The notes under the pieces were generated by a model that was not told the DNA's origin, made no database searches, and was given only the letters and a program-made list of their open reading frames with translations. A DNA stretch of 63,923 nucleotides, the filler included, from Lenisia limosa (Eukaryota > Protista > Breviatea): NCBI GenBank assembly GCA_001655205.1. It is 14 parts of 14 records of this genome, joined end to end, with 100 filler letters (N's around TTAATTAATTAA, not from the genome) between each part and the next. Parts side by side here need not be neighbours in the genome. Positions count along the whole stretch, not along the records: positions 1 to 1,620 come from LPNZ01006766.1; positions 1,721 to 6,484 come from LPNZ01011083.1; positions 6,585 to 13,202 come from LPNZ01011397.1; 11 more parts are not named here. The stretch is one strand, 5' to 3'. Position 1 is the stretch's first letter. Each line of letters starts with the position of its first letter. Position numbers and translations under genes: made by a program. This document shows, piece by piece, positions 1 to 11,516 of this stretch.

Positions 1-12
1 TGATATCCGAGA

Positions 13-1372
13 CCCAGCCCCGGGCCCTACTGCGCTTTAGCCATGCCGTGCCGTACCTTCATGCTGCCGGCCGGCGCGACATCATCATTTCACTCCTCCA
101 AGCCTTTTCGATTAGTACGCCGCCGGGAAGGGTTATGTTAAGCATAGGGCTTCACTTCAGTTCGAAAAAAAGACTGAATTTATCGTTCCAGTCAACACTC
201 CCCTTGCCAAGCCCCTCGTTTCTCAGCTCAACGCGAGCGTCCAAACAATGGACACACTGTTTACTCCCCCAATTAACAGCTATTCGGTGGGGGGGGGGGT
301 GCTTTTCGATATGGTGGGACTCTGAGTNNNNNNNNNNNNNNNNNNNNNNNNNNNNNNNNNNNNNNNNNNNNNNNNNNNNNNNNNNNNNNNNNNNNNNNNN
401 NNNNNNNNNNNNNNNNNNNNGACTGATTTGCTCTCTGATTTACCTAATTAAACAGGTCAAAACTTATCCCAGTCCTTGTATGTGTTACATCCCCCTTACC
501 CACCCGTAGATGCCCGACGACCTGCTCTCGACGCTCCAGTCGATACACAAATCGCGTAGCATGGCTGGAATCCTCACGTTTGCAAGGTCGGTTGAGGTTA
601 TCAACCCTATGTTATCACCCAACAGAGTTGATTTGGGCTTTTTTTTGTTTCATCAATTTTCCAATTTTACGAGTATCCACTAATGATAATTGGCTTTGTT
701 TGTTCTGTTGTCTCTTTCCCAAATGCTTAGCCAACATTCTTGTTTTTTCTATCATAAATTTTCCATTTTACCACGGGATGCGGTGCTTTTGTTTGTTTTG
801 TTGCTATCAACCCTATTGTATTATCAGCCAACAGAGTTGATTATGGGCTTTTTTTTGTGTCATAAATTTCCCATTTCACCCTCCAGGATATCCACCAACG
901 AAAGCCCTGAAGTTTTGTTCTCCACTAGCCCTTGGGCCCTCTTCCACCCCGACTCCAAAAAAGTGGGCTTTCCGTGAGACTTGGCCCTGCCTTTTCATAA
1001 TTTCGCATTCTCTCGGAAGATCTTTTTATCATTTCTCATTTCTAAGAGGAATTTTTTTTTATTTTTTCGTATTCTCTTTTAGCATTGTCTGTGAGGATCT
1101 TTTCATATTTTCGCATTTTCTCTTGGAACATTCATACACAACATATTTTGCAAGTATGATAGATATTATATATCCAAAATCCATCAGTTCCAGGTTGTAT
1201 GATGTCAGGTTGTATGATGTCAGGTTGTATGATGTGACTAAATATGATATCCAAAATCCATCACGAACTATATAGGTCTTCCAGATTCCGCCCTCCAGCC
1301 TCCTGCCATCAAAGCTGCCTGCGTCCTTGAGTCACGTGACCGAGTTGGAACTGGACCGTCTTTGTGCCGAAG
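13..1372 (+). CDS. Fragment of a spliced gene, unknown product
   Basis: GC-richer open segments bounded by AG/GT at about 13-121, 509-590, 887-975 and 1286-1372. No recognisable motif. Confidence 0.5.
596..886 (+). repeat. Family B intron-3'-end element, three stacked copies
   Basis: Three head-to-tail units of ...tcaaccct..tcagccaacagagttgatttgggctttttttgtttcataaattttcc.... The last ends cccatttcaccctccAG, directly before an open exon. Confidence 0.85.
1191..1235 (+). repeat. 15-bp tandem repeat (caggttgtatgatgt) x3
   Basis: Three perfect units, flanked by a 17-nt direct repeat atatccaaaatccatca (1170-1186, 1247-1263). Confidence 0.95.
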
Positions 1373-1620
1373 TAGGGGAGAGGGTTGCGCTTTTGCTTTT
1401 TTGCTTTTTCGTTGAGAGACCGTTCGAGGACACGAATTTTACGTAAATTTACATTAAAATTGTAGCGTTCGCATTCGGATTCTCAAAAATTTTACTTAAA
1501 TTTAGAATTTTTAATTACCTCCTCTTGAGTAAGTACTTAAAAAATGTAAAATTTTATAAAAAAAAAAATACACGCAAATTTAAGTAACTTTAAAAATTTT
1601 ACGTGAATTTGCGTTTATGT

Positions 1621-1720
1621 NNNNNNNNNNNNNNNNNNNNNNNNNNNNNNNNNNNNNNNNNNNNTTAATTAATTAANNNNNNNNNNNNNNNNNNNNNNNN
1701 NNNNNNNNNNNNNNNNNNNN
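1621..1720. other. Artificial contig linker (44N + TTAATTAATTAA + 44N); first of 13
   Basis: The same 100-nt spacer with stops in all six frames recurs at 1621, 6485, 13203, 16053, 23382, 27911, 33065, 34942, 49424, 52216, 54318, 56215 and 62225. Adjacency across linkers is not biological. Confidence 0.98.
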
Positions 1721-1748
1721 AAATTTCCTTCGTTTACCCTCCCCCGAC

Positions 1749-4700
1749 CTTAAGAAGAAGAGCCTTGACCTGTCCGTCGAAGGAGGTGGGAGGAGCACGT
1801 TGATGGTTACAGAGAATTGCGACTTGTTTGTTGGACTCCTCGTACCTGAAGAAGGTATAATTGATAATTTAAGGAACAGAATCAACTTTGTTCATTGCAT
1901 TAGAGAAGGTTGAAAACAACAAAACAAACCAGACGGGGGGGGGGGGGNNNNNNNNNNNNNNNNNNNNNNNNNNNNNNNNNNNNNNNNNNNNNNNNNNNNN
2001 NNNNNNNNNNNNNNNNNNNNNNNNNNNNNNNNNNNNNNNNNNNNNNNNNNNNNTGTACCGGTCTTTTCCTTATGGAAGCCCTAATTATGAGTATTGAACA
2101 ATGTTAGATAAGGCCTCTTCGTACCAGCTCAAAAGACGAGCCTCCACCTCAGTGTCGTGGATTCGCGGATAGTCCGGATCTTCAGCAAGGCCTATGATAG
2201 TGATGATGATGGTGATGGATGTGATGGTGATGGTTGTAATGATGATGATGATGACGATGGTGTTAATGGTGATAATGACGATGTTGATAATGGTGGGGAT
2301 GATGATGATTGGTGATAATGATGGCGACGATGATAATGATAATGATGATGATGATGATCCCCTTTATTCAATCATATCCCTCATCATCTTTTCCCCAACC
2401 GCAACAGTCCCCCCACCTTCTTCAATCATAGCCATACTACTTGAGAGGGTTGTTTGCACCCCTGCGCTGCTCTTATCGTTCTTCTCAATTGTAGCAATTT
2501 CAGCATCAGTGTTACCCTAGGGGGAGGGGGGGTAAAATGGAGTGACGAAACAACAACAACAAAAAAACAAGCACAAAACCAATGGTGATGGGGGGAATTT
2601 ATGAAACAAAAAGCCCAAATCAACTCTGTTGACTGACAACAGACGAGGGTTGAGAACAACAAAACAAACAAAGCCCAAGCCAGTCGCTTCTNNNNNNNNN
2701 NNNNNNNNNNNNNNNNNNNNNNNNNNNNNNNNNNNNNNNNNNNNNNNAGGGAAGGAGAGGGGTATGTTGCCAATTTGTGAAAACAAAGCAAAAAAGCTTG
2801 GGAAAGCTTAGGAAGCTAAGGAAAGCTAACAAAGCAAAAAAGCTTAGGAAAGCTTGGGGTTTTTTTTTAAAAAAAAACAATTAAACTCGGCTTCTTATGA
2901 ACGGAATGGGAATACCTCCCACCATCGTTTAAAAAATGAATAACTCCCCATATTACCACCCACTATCACTTCGGTTAGAAAAAGACTGAATTTCCCGATC
3001 AATCCTAGAAACCTAAAAAATATTTGACGGTCTTTGTCGGACCGAAGTGAAGCCCTACATACGACCCCCACAAAAGACTGATAACGATAAAATATCAACA
3101 TTTATCGAGATATTCAGTCTTTTTTTGAAGCGAAGTGCCGCCCAACTCCCCATCCTACCAAAACTCTCTGAAGAGTCATAGAGGCGTTGCAAGTACGGAA
3201 CACCTTAGCTGACAGGCCGGGCATCAGAGTTTTCAGGTAGTTGTTAAGGGCGGAGACCTGGGGTATTAAGACTGGTTGTAACTCCAGAATATTATCCCGA
3301 ATATCCGACAAACAAGGTGACGTCATCTTTTCACTACTTATAACTCAAATTTACTACTGTTAACTCAAATGTAACCGTAACCGAGTCATCTTTTTTATCA
3401 ATAATAACTACATTATTTTTGTTTGTTTACAGAGAATCAAAAACACGCAATTCACGCACGTAGATTACTACAGGTTTTGGAATTACTATCTGCTTTAACA
3501 GGAAAACTAAAAAGACGTTTCACTCAAAATNNNNNNNNNNNNNNNNNNNNNNNNNNNNNNNNNNNNNNNNNNNNNNNNNNNNNNNNNNNNNNNNNNNNNN
3601 NNNNNNNNNNNNNNNNNNNNNNNNNNNNNCGAAAAGATCTTCGCTTCCCTTCTTGTTCTTTGTAAAGAGGCTCAGATTCTTGTAGACCTGAAGGGAATAT
3701 GAGAGGGACACCACCATTGTTCCTTCCTTGACTATATTGATGTTCAGACAATATATACTAATCGACACACATATTACACAGAGAGAGACATACTTCTCTC
3801 TCTAGTATCACCCCCCCCCCCCTACNNNNNNNNNNNNNNNNNNNNNNNNNNNNNNNNNNNNNNNNNNNNNNNNNNNNNNNNNNNNNNNNNNNNNNNNNNN
3901 NNNNNNNNNNNNNNNNNNNCAATTTTGTCCTGGTGAAATAATTAAAAACAAAAAAAAGGTAAAATTGGAAAATTAATGAAACAAAAATGCCCAACTCTGT
4001 TGGCTGACAATACACAAGGGTTGCAAACAAAGCCCAGGCCAGACGCTTCTGCAGCACCGAATCCCATGTGAAACGAAGGAAACGTAAAAGAAAATTGGCG
4101 AAAAGGTAAGAATACCCCTAGGGCTTCACTTCGGTTTGAATGACCGGTTTTCTTACAAATCTTCGATAACTTTCGGGTTTTTTTCGAACTGAAGTGAAGC
4201 CCATACCATGACTAATACATCCCCCCACCTTCTCGCCCTCGACCGGCGTGACCGTAGTAGTCAACGTCACATGCTCCACGCGCAACGAGCAGCAACCGAC
4301 AGTATCGGCCTCATCTTCCGACTTCTCGTTTCCGACTCTCAAGGCAAGATGGTCAATGAGGTACATTGCCGTCGCCATCTGGAATGTAAGGTAATGTAAA
4401 ATGTACGATATGTAAGAAAATGTAAGTTATAATGTAAGTTTCAATGTAAATCTATGTATTATGTGAATGTAAGGTGAAACATAAGACCACCAATATATAT
4501 GTATGTACATATAGCAATGAGAGATACAGTAAGGTATTGCCAGGTGCAATGTAACAATACAGCCCAATGTGATAAAACTTAATGAGAATAGAGCTTCACT
4601 TTGGTTCAAAAAAGACTGAATTTCACGATAAATTTTCAAAAATTATCGATATCTACCGGTATTTTTCGAACCGAAGTGAAGCCCTAAGTAAGAAGATGNN

Positions 4701-6160
4701 NNNNNNNNNNNNNNNNNNNNNNNNNNNNNNNNNNNNNNNNNNNNNNNNNNNNNNNNNNNNNNNNNNNNNNNNNNNNNNNNNNNNNNNNNNNNNNNNNNNN
4801 NNNNNNNNNNNNNNNNNNNNNNNNNNNNNNNNNNNNNNNNNNNNNNNNNNNNNNNNNNNNNNNNNNNNNNNNNNNNNNNNNNNNNNNNNNNNNNNNNNNN
4901 NNNNNNNNNNNNNNNNNNNNNNNNNNNNNNAAACAAAGCCCAAGCAATCCAATATGCTTGCCCAGGCAAGTCGCTTCTGTAGCACCGCATCCCATTACGA
5001 TATGAAAGCAATAAAAATTAGTCCTTGTTAATATCAATATCTAACAACAACAGCAACCTCACCATCACCATCATCATAATCGTCATCATCACTATTATCA
5101 TCAACAACAACAGCACCCTCACATCTTCATAATCATCACCAACAACAACACTAAAATCAACAACAATAACAACATCATGATCATCACCACAATCATCATC
5201 ATCAACAAAAACAACACATCATCGTTATTATTATTATATGATCGCCACCAAACCTTCAATCTCCTCGCCTTCTCAAACTTGTCCATGTCGCTTTGTCCCT
5301 TTAGCCGAGAAGCAGCGGAGAAAAACACGTATTTGTGGCCTATATGGGGGCGGGGTAAGGATTGCATTTTATGAAATAAAGAAGCCCAAAATCAACTCTG
5401 TTGGCTGATAACATATGAGGGTTGATAACAGCAAAACAAACAAAGCCCAGNNNNNNNNNNNNNNNNNNNNNNNNNNNNNNNNNNNNNNNNNNNNNNNNNN
5501 NNNNNNNNNNNNNNNNNNNNNNNNNNNNNNNNNNNNNNNNNNNNNNNNNNNNNNNNNNNNNNNNNNNNNNNNNNNNNNNNNNNNNNNNNNNNNNNNNNNN
5601 NNNNNNNNNNNNNNNNNNNNNNNNNNNNNNNNNNNNNNNNCACCACCATCATCACCATCACCATCGTCACCATCAACAACAACTCCCCCCCTTACCGGTC
5701 AAAGGATCCGACCAGCCAGCAATCCAGGTCACGTCAGACTTATGGACGACAGCCTTCCACTTATGCCCGGCTAGGGGCTCGGGAACCTTCTCGTTCTTTC
5801 CAATGTTGATCGTGATGTCCTGGAGGGGGGGTAAACGAAGGAAATTTATAAAACAAATAGAACCCAAATCAACTCTGTTGGCTGATAACACACAAGGGTT
5901 GATAACAACAACAAAACAAACTAAGCCCGAGAGGGGGGGGGGGGNNNNNNNNNNNNNNNNNNNNNNNNNNNNNNNNNNNNNNNNNNNNNNNNNNNNNNNN
6001 NNNNNNNNNNNNNNNNNNNNNNNNNNNNNNNNNNNNNNNNNNNNNNNNNNNNNNNNNNNNNNNNNNNNNNNNNNNNNNNNNNNNNNNNNNNNNNNNNNNN
6101 NNNNNNNNNNNCCACGGCCTCTGAACAGACCAGGAGGCTCCACCTTCGGGTTTCCAACCT
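1749..6160 (-). CDS. TOP1: DNA topoisomerase IB, multi-exon, truncated at both ends
   Basis: Exons give [16 protein letters not shown]; [26 protein letters not shown]; [27 protein letters not shown]; [31 protein letters not shown]; [12 protein letters not shown]; [23 protein letters not shown]; [19 protein letters not shown]. These match eukaryotic Topo IB in order, including catalytic R488, R590 and H632 equivalents. Confidence 0.97.
2195..2358. repeat. Imperfect (GAT/GGT)n microsatellite in a TOP1 intron
   Basis: gatgatgatggtgatg... Similar CAT/CAC/AAC tracts lie at 5040-5235, 5641-5685, 6162-6236 and 17220-17315. Confidence 0.9.
2517..2691 (-). repeat. Family B element (two stacked units) ending at a TOP1 acceptor
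   Basis: The minus strand reads agaagcgactggcttgggctttgtttg...tcaaccctcgtctgttgtcagtcaacagagttgatttgggc...ttttacccccccctccccctAG, followed by exon GNTDAEI. Confidence 0.85.
3930..4065 (-). repeat. Family B element, near full length, at a TOP1 acceptor
   Basis: gggattcggtgctgcagaagcgtctggcctgggctttgtttgcaacccttgtgtattgtcagccaacagagttgggc...atttcaccAG. Further TOP1 copies lie at 1846-1945, 4931-4993, 5340-5449 and 5820-5944. Confidence 0.85.
4591..4684. mobile_element. Family A MITE (A1 subtype), TA-flanked
   Basis: TA|gagcttcactttggttcaaaaaagac...gtatttttcgaaccgaagtgaagccc|TA: ~28-nt terminal inverted repeats, 94 bp long. Other A1 copies or remnants: 147-185, 2966-3055, 4121-4202, 15367-15440, 15945-15965, 16798-16877, 17680-17740, 18000-18093, 18118-18180, 45920-45999. 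Confidence 0.85.
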
Positions 6161-6278
6161 GATTGATGATGGTGATAATGTTGATGATGGTGATAATGTT
6201 GATGATGATGGTGATATTGTTGATGATGATGATGATATACATATATATACAGTACATATATTATATAATTTTATGTAC

Positions 6279-6445
6279 ATGTATGTATGTATACTCCATG
6301 CTACATATAGCTATATAATATATATCATATGTATGTATACTCCATGCTATATATAGCTATATAATATCATATGTATGTATACTCCATGCTACATATAGCT
6401 ATATAATATCATATGTATGTATACTCCATGCTACATATAGCTATA
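6279..6445. repeat. ~41-bp minisatellite x4 (atgtatgtatactccatgctacatatagctatataatatcat)
   Basis: Four near-identical units are directly visible. Confidence 0.9.
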
Positions 6446-6584
6446 TTAAATAATATATTAACCCCCCCCCCCCAAACAGTTTCGNNNNNNNNNNNNNNNN
6501 NNNNNNNNNNNNNNNNNNNNNNNNNNNNTTAATTAATTAANNNNNNNNNNNNNNNNNNNNNNNNNNNNNNNNNNNNNNNNNNNN

Positions 6585-8170
6585 AGCGACGACATAAGCC
6601 GAGGCCAGAAAAGGACCTGGTGGAGGAATTGCTGCGAGAGTCCGAACGCAAGCCGCCGGCACCGAAGAAGGCCCCGGAAGAGCCCTCCAAGCCAAAGTTA
6701 AAGGTCCTGCCAACTCGGTTACGCCGTGCTGCCCAAGCCAGTCGCCAGCGACCTAACATACGCAATGACGCTGACGCTGATGATAAGAACGACAATGCCG
6801 TGCCCGTAACCAAGGCCAAACCATCGCCGAGAGCTGCAAAGTTGTTCAACGCATCTGTCACAAAACAGGGTGACCAGTCCAGTTCACTGCGAGATATTTC
6901 GCAAGAGAGCAAAGTAGTGACCCCTAAAAAGCCTGTAATGGTCCCGACAATTACGTCAAAGCGATTCCCCAATACTGCCACCCGGGTGCCCCCCCAGGAA
7001 CCACGACCCTCATCATCCACCCCGCTTCCGAAACAGTTCCGAAAACCGCCGCGACCCGCTTCCGACGAAAGTTCCGACATTGTCTTGGAGGATTCAGACG
7101 TGCCGTCAGTCCCCACTAGGAAGTCGGAAGCAGAGCCAGCTAGGATAGTAGAGGAAAAACCGGCAGTCCAGGAGGTCAAGCCGAAATCGTCCTTCTTTTC
7201 TGAAACCGGTTTGTCGGGTGTTTATATCCCCCCCCCCCCTTTTTTTTTTTNNNNNNNNNNNNNNNNNNNNNNNNNNNNNNNNNNNNNNNNNNNNNNNNNN
7301 NNNNNNNNNNNNNNNNNNNNNNNNNNNNNNNNNNNNNNNNNNNNNNNNNNACTTCACCTTAGCCATCCCCAGGACTCTGTCCGAGAAATTTCAAAATTAA
7401 TTATGAATTTAATGTGGCATTTATTCGGCCCTGAGGGCGCTTTCATTCCATATACTATTTAATACATAGTAATATATCGATATCATCAGATACATTATTA
7501 TTTTGTTTGTTATTGTGTTTTGTTTCATTCCAATTAATCTTGCTCTGATTTTGATTTGTCCATTCTTACTCTGATTTAGCACCATTTATTCGCAAACTAT
7601 CAAAGGAAGAAAAGGAAAAGAAGGTGAAGGAGGAGAGGGAGAAGAAGAGGAAGGAAGAGAGAGAAAGGAAGATGAACGAAGAGAGAGAGAAGACCCTGAT
7701 TCGTAAGAGGAAGAAGGAGGAAGAAAAGATAAAGAAGCAAGAGCAAGAAACCAGAAGAAAAGAGAAACAGAAGATGAGGGATGAAGAAAAAAGGAAAGAA
7801 ATTGAGGAAGAAGAGAAGAGGAATGAAGAAGAAAAAAGGAAAGAAAAAGAGAAGAGGAAAGAAGAAGAAAAAAGGAAAGAAATTGAGGAAGAAGAGAAGA
7901 AGAAAGAAGAAGAAGAAAAGAAGAAACAAGTAGAAAAAGAGAGAAGAAAGAAAGAAATAGAAGAAGAAAATAAAACAGAGGAAGCGCCTAAAAAGACGCG
8001 AAAAAGACGTGCTGTGACGCCACCTGCGCTTAGAACGCGACGAGGGCGCAAAATCACGTGAGATAACCCTTTTAAAGTGGATGATCACAGATTTACTTTT
8101 GTAGAAGGATAATACAAATATTGCTACATATATGATACTGTCTCTCCCTTATTTTTTAATTCTCATTGCT

Positions 8171-8203
<33 letters not shown>

Positions 8204-9330
8204 GCTATATATATATGATATGCTATACATATTTACTATATTGAGCAAACTTATCTGTTCTTGCAATATTAGGAAGTGTACTTACCATATTAGGAACGAA
8301 GCGGTTGCAGTATCTTCGGAAGCGTCCGAGCCACTGACTGTACCCCTCGCCTCTAGTCCAAACCTAGTCCTTGATTCACCAGAAAAACAGAGAAAGTGCC
8401 AGGGATGTTAGTCATATTGCCCTTTCCAACCCAATCTACATAATTATTACATTTACACATCCAAGAGGGTTGCTGAGACGTTTTAAACGCCGAAAACACA
8501 ATTTCCTTCTGTTGCCTTTTATTCATTTCCTCCCCTTAACTTCCCAGAGAACCCATCAAACTCACAAGCCCCTTTCAAAAACGAGGTGCGTGCGGGCCTT
8601 TTGGCACATCATTGTTTGGATCTTTTTTTGAGTTTAATTGAAATTTGTCATTCAATTATCAGATGTATACCTAGTTTTTACATATTAGTACAATACATGA
8701 GCTGTATTGTGAGCTTTTGTCTTAATCAATGAGATCTTTAGCGCTGCGCTTAATAACTTCATCTTACTCTTTACACATCTAGTCGGATCAGCCTTAGAAG
8801 AGACTGTCAAGACTCCCACGTATGCGCCCATGTTCTCTATAAGGCTTTGTTTGTTTTGATTATCAACTTTCTTGTGTTGTGTCAGCCAACAGGGTTGATT
8901 TGGGCTTTTTTGTTTCATGATTTTTCCAATTTTACTCCCCATGTTCTTTATACACCCATGTTCTTCATATTTTTCTATCCCTAGATTGTGCTCAACCCCA
9001 CTCCCACTATTTATTTCTCTTTCCATATTTTTTTGTCATTGTATGCGTAATTGTTTTTGTCTAGTANNNNNNNNNNNNNNNNNNNNNNNNNNNNNNNNNN
9101 NNNNNNNNNNNNNNNNNNNNNNNNNNNNNNNNNNNNNNNNNNNNNNNNNNNNNNNNNNNNNNNNNNNNNNNNNNNNNNNNNNNNNNNNNNNNNNNTTTCA
9201 TAAATTTTCCAGTTTTACTCCCACCCCCCAGTCCCAAAAAAGGAGCACTCCACACCAAGAAAGTAGTGAACCCCGACACTGGAATTTCGCAATACGTTCC
9301 CGTTGTTACGTCCCAGGACATTACTAAGTT
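6585..9330 (+). CDS. Large low-complexity protein (P/K/S-rich exon, then K/E-rich repeat exon), unknown
   Basis: Long open frames at 6585-7207 and 7590-8061 (EEEKRKEIEEEEK repeats), plus small AG/GT-bounded exons to ~9327 (PKKGALHTKKVVNPDTG). Whether all belong to one gene is uncertain. Confidence 0.55.
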
Positions 9331-11516
9331 CAAATCGGTACGCTCTTTTCTGCTTTAGTTTTGGCATGATTGCAGAGTCGAAGACTCCGCCTTCATAACA
9401 AAGCGGGAGCAAATTGTCTATTATGGGCAATACAAATAAAGCGGTTTTTATAAGTCTTGACCGACATGAATCAGAATTCCTTTCAGAAATCGGTCAAGTC
9501 TTATCAAATACTGGAGACAGGGGATGATGCCAGTATTATCAAACAATGAATACCAGCCCAGCCCCCCCCCCCCCCTNNNNNNNNNNNNNNNNNNNNNNNN
9601 NNNNNNNNNNNNNNNNNNNNNNNNNNNNNNNNNNNNNNNNNNNNTTCCCATATCACTTTTGAACTGGTGATAATGCAACGTCCTCTTATTTTCCCCAAAT
9701 AACACCTGGCCAGGTGGTTCTCGCTGAGGTCTCGGCCGTTCTAAGCACCCTACCAAAGGCCCGTCTTCCAACACTGGTTGGGGGGGGGGGGGGNNNNNNN
9801 NNNNNNNNNNNNNNNNNNNNNNNNCATTGAAATTTGAGTTCTCATGTTTACTCATACATAAATAAAAAATAGTGAAAGTAAACATTCTTTTCCGCCCTTC
9901 CTTCTCATGTTGACACTTCTGTTTATGATATCCCAACATTCCTTCTAAGAGCTAGAGTGAACGTCTTTGGCCAGATACTACTCCACTATAGTATATAAAT
10001 ATTTGGTTTCTTTCCCTGTTCTGAGAAATTCTAATGGTTTTGCAGAAGAAACTGAAGAAGTTCCTGAAGAAAACTACCATGCACTGTTTGGGGGGTATAA
10101 GGCTTCCCTGTGGTCCCAAAATAGACAAAATCCTCGGTGAATATCGATATTTTACGGTCATGGGGAACTGTATGAAGGGAGGGGAGAGAGAAATTAGAGC
10201 ATCTTTCGATCCCATATTGAAATTTTCAAGGGTTGATTTGCTCATCACTGTGTAAAGGGTAACATATCTTAGTACATCAGATGTAATATTTTGAACCACA
10301 CTGCAATCCAAAATCTTAAGCGTGCTTGTGTGACGACTTCGGCCACATAGTACCTATTACTATATCATATGCTTTCATTTCTCATTTCCACATACCATAT
10401 GGCGGTTACAGTCAAGCATACCCACTCATTCATACACAAAGTAACCCACCAGGGACGGACGGAGTTGAACCGCACCTTCCACTCACAGACGAAGACAAGT
10501 CACAAATCAAGCATCTCACAATCACCAATATCACTGCCCTGGGCATCAAGCCCCTTCTTTAACCAATGTCTCATCTATAGGTCTAATGTATCCGTTTCCT
10601 CTGTTTAACTATCTTCAAGTACTTTTTTGCAAGCTGGGGGGTGCGGGTAGTATATATTATCTGTTCGAAGCCTTTTCTTCATTTGGTGTTCCATTTAACT
10701 CAATTGACCCATTCAAAGGTGTTGTTGGTAACCTGATAGCAAGTAAGGCAAAACCAGGAACCTCGGACTGTAAAGATGTTTTTGTTTTCTGGATTCTTGA
10801 TTTTACCAGCTTTTATAATTTTTTTTATTTGAGCGCTAAACTAATAAATCTATTACATTGATATTTACACCATTTATTGTCTCTTTTTGAGCAAGTAATA
10901 ATCCATGAATCTATTGAGATTATACGGTTAGACGGAGGGGCCTGTGGGGTTTCATGAACTGCCATGGCTTTTCATTACCCTCAAAATTCCTTTTATGTAG
11001 GAAGTGTCATTAAATTCACTAAGCTTTTTCGCTGTCAACAAGACCATTTTTTGTCATTAACGGAAAAAGTGGTTGTGAAGAGACTGCTATGGAAGCGAGG
11101 TGGCTACCCTAATCAGGGACTTTGAAATACTGAAAATACCAAGTTGCTAATTCATGGATTGGATGATATTGAGAGGAACTAACTCGAAACACTGAAAAAC
11201 CCTAATGTCGGTATTCAAGGAATTGAATAGGTCGAGGGGAACTCTATGATGTGAGTCAAACTTTGTTGCAATCAAAATGCTCTTTTTTGTTGATAGCCCT
11301 TGTGAAAATCAGAGAATCGTAATCGATGCGCCTCCCCCAGGATAACTATGTCAGATTGAGATATTGGAAAAAAATGTACCTTGTAAATGTACTCAGCTTT
11401 CTGTTACAATAATACAAACAATGCATCTCTCAAAGCACCAGAGAAATGACAATCACACGACTGCGACCTGTTAAACCATCATCTTTCAAAAGAGTAAAAA
11501 AGGAAGAGGAAAGAAG

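Noticed and set aside
1665-1676. TTAATTAATTAA recurring 13 times at regular context
   Set aside because: It is an artificial six-frame-stop linker centred in 88 Ns, not a biological repeat or CRISPR array.
2194-2520. Met/Val/Asp-rich or His/Ile-rich ORFs (also 5119-5374, 5673-6280, 17007-17543)
   Set aside because: These are translations of intronic GAT/CAT microsatellites inside TOP1 and the tail-collar gene.
5870-5915. CTGATAA...GAAAAC in family B as a hammerhead ribozyme
   Set aside because: The core CUGANGA is not met, and no stem II forms between the two motifs.
7566-8088. Phe/Ser/Leu-rich 'membrane' ORFs on the minus strand
   Set aside because: They are antisense shadows of the purine-rich K/E-coding exon on the plus strand.
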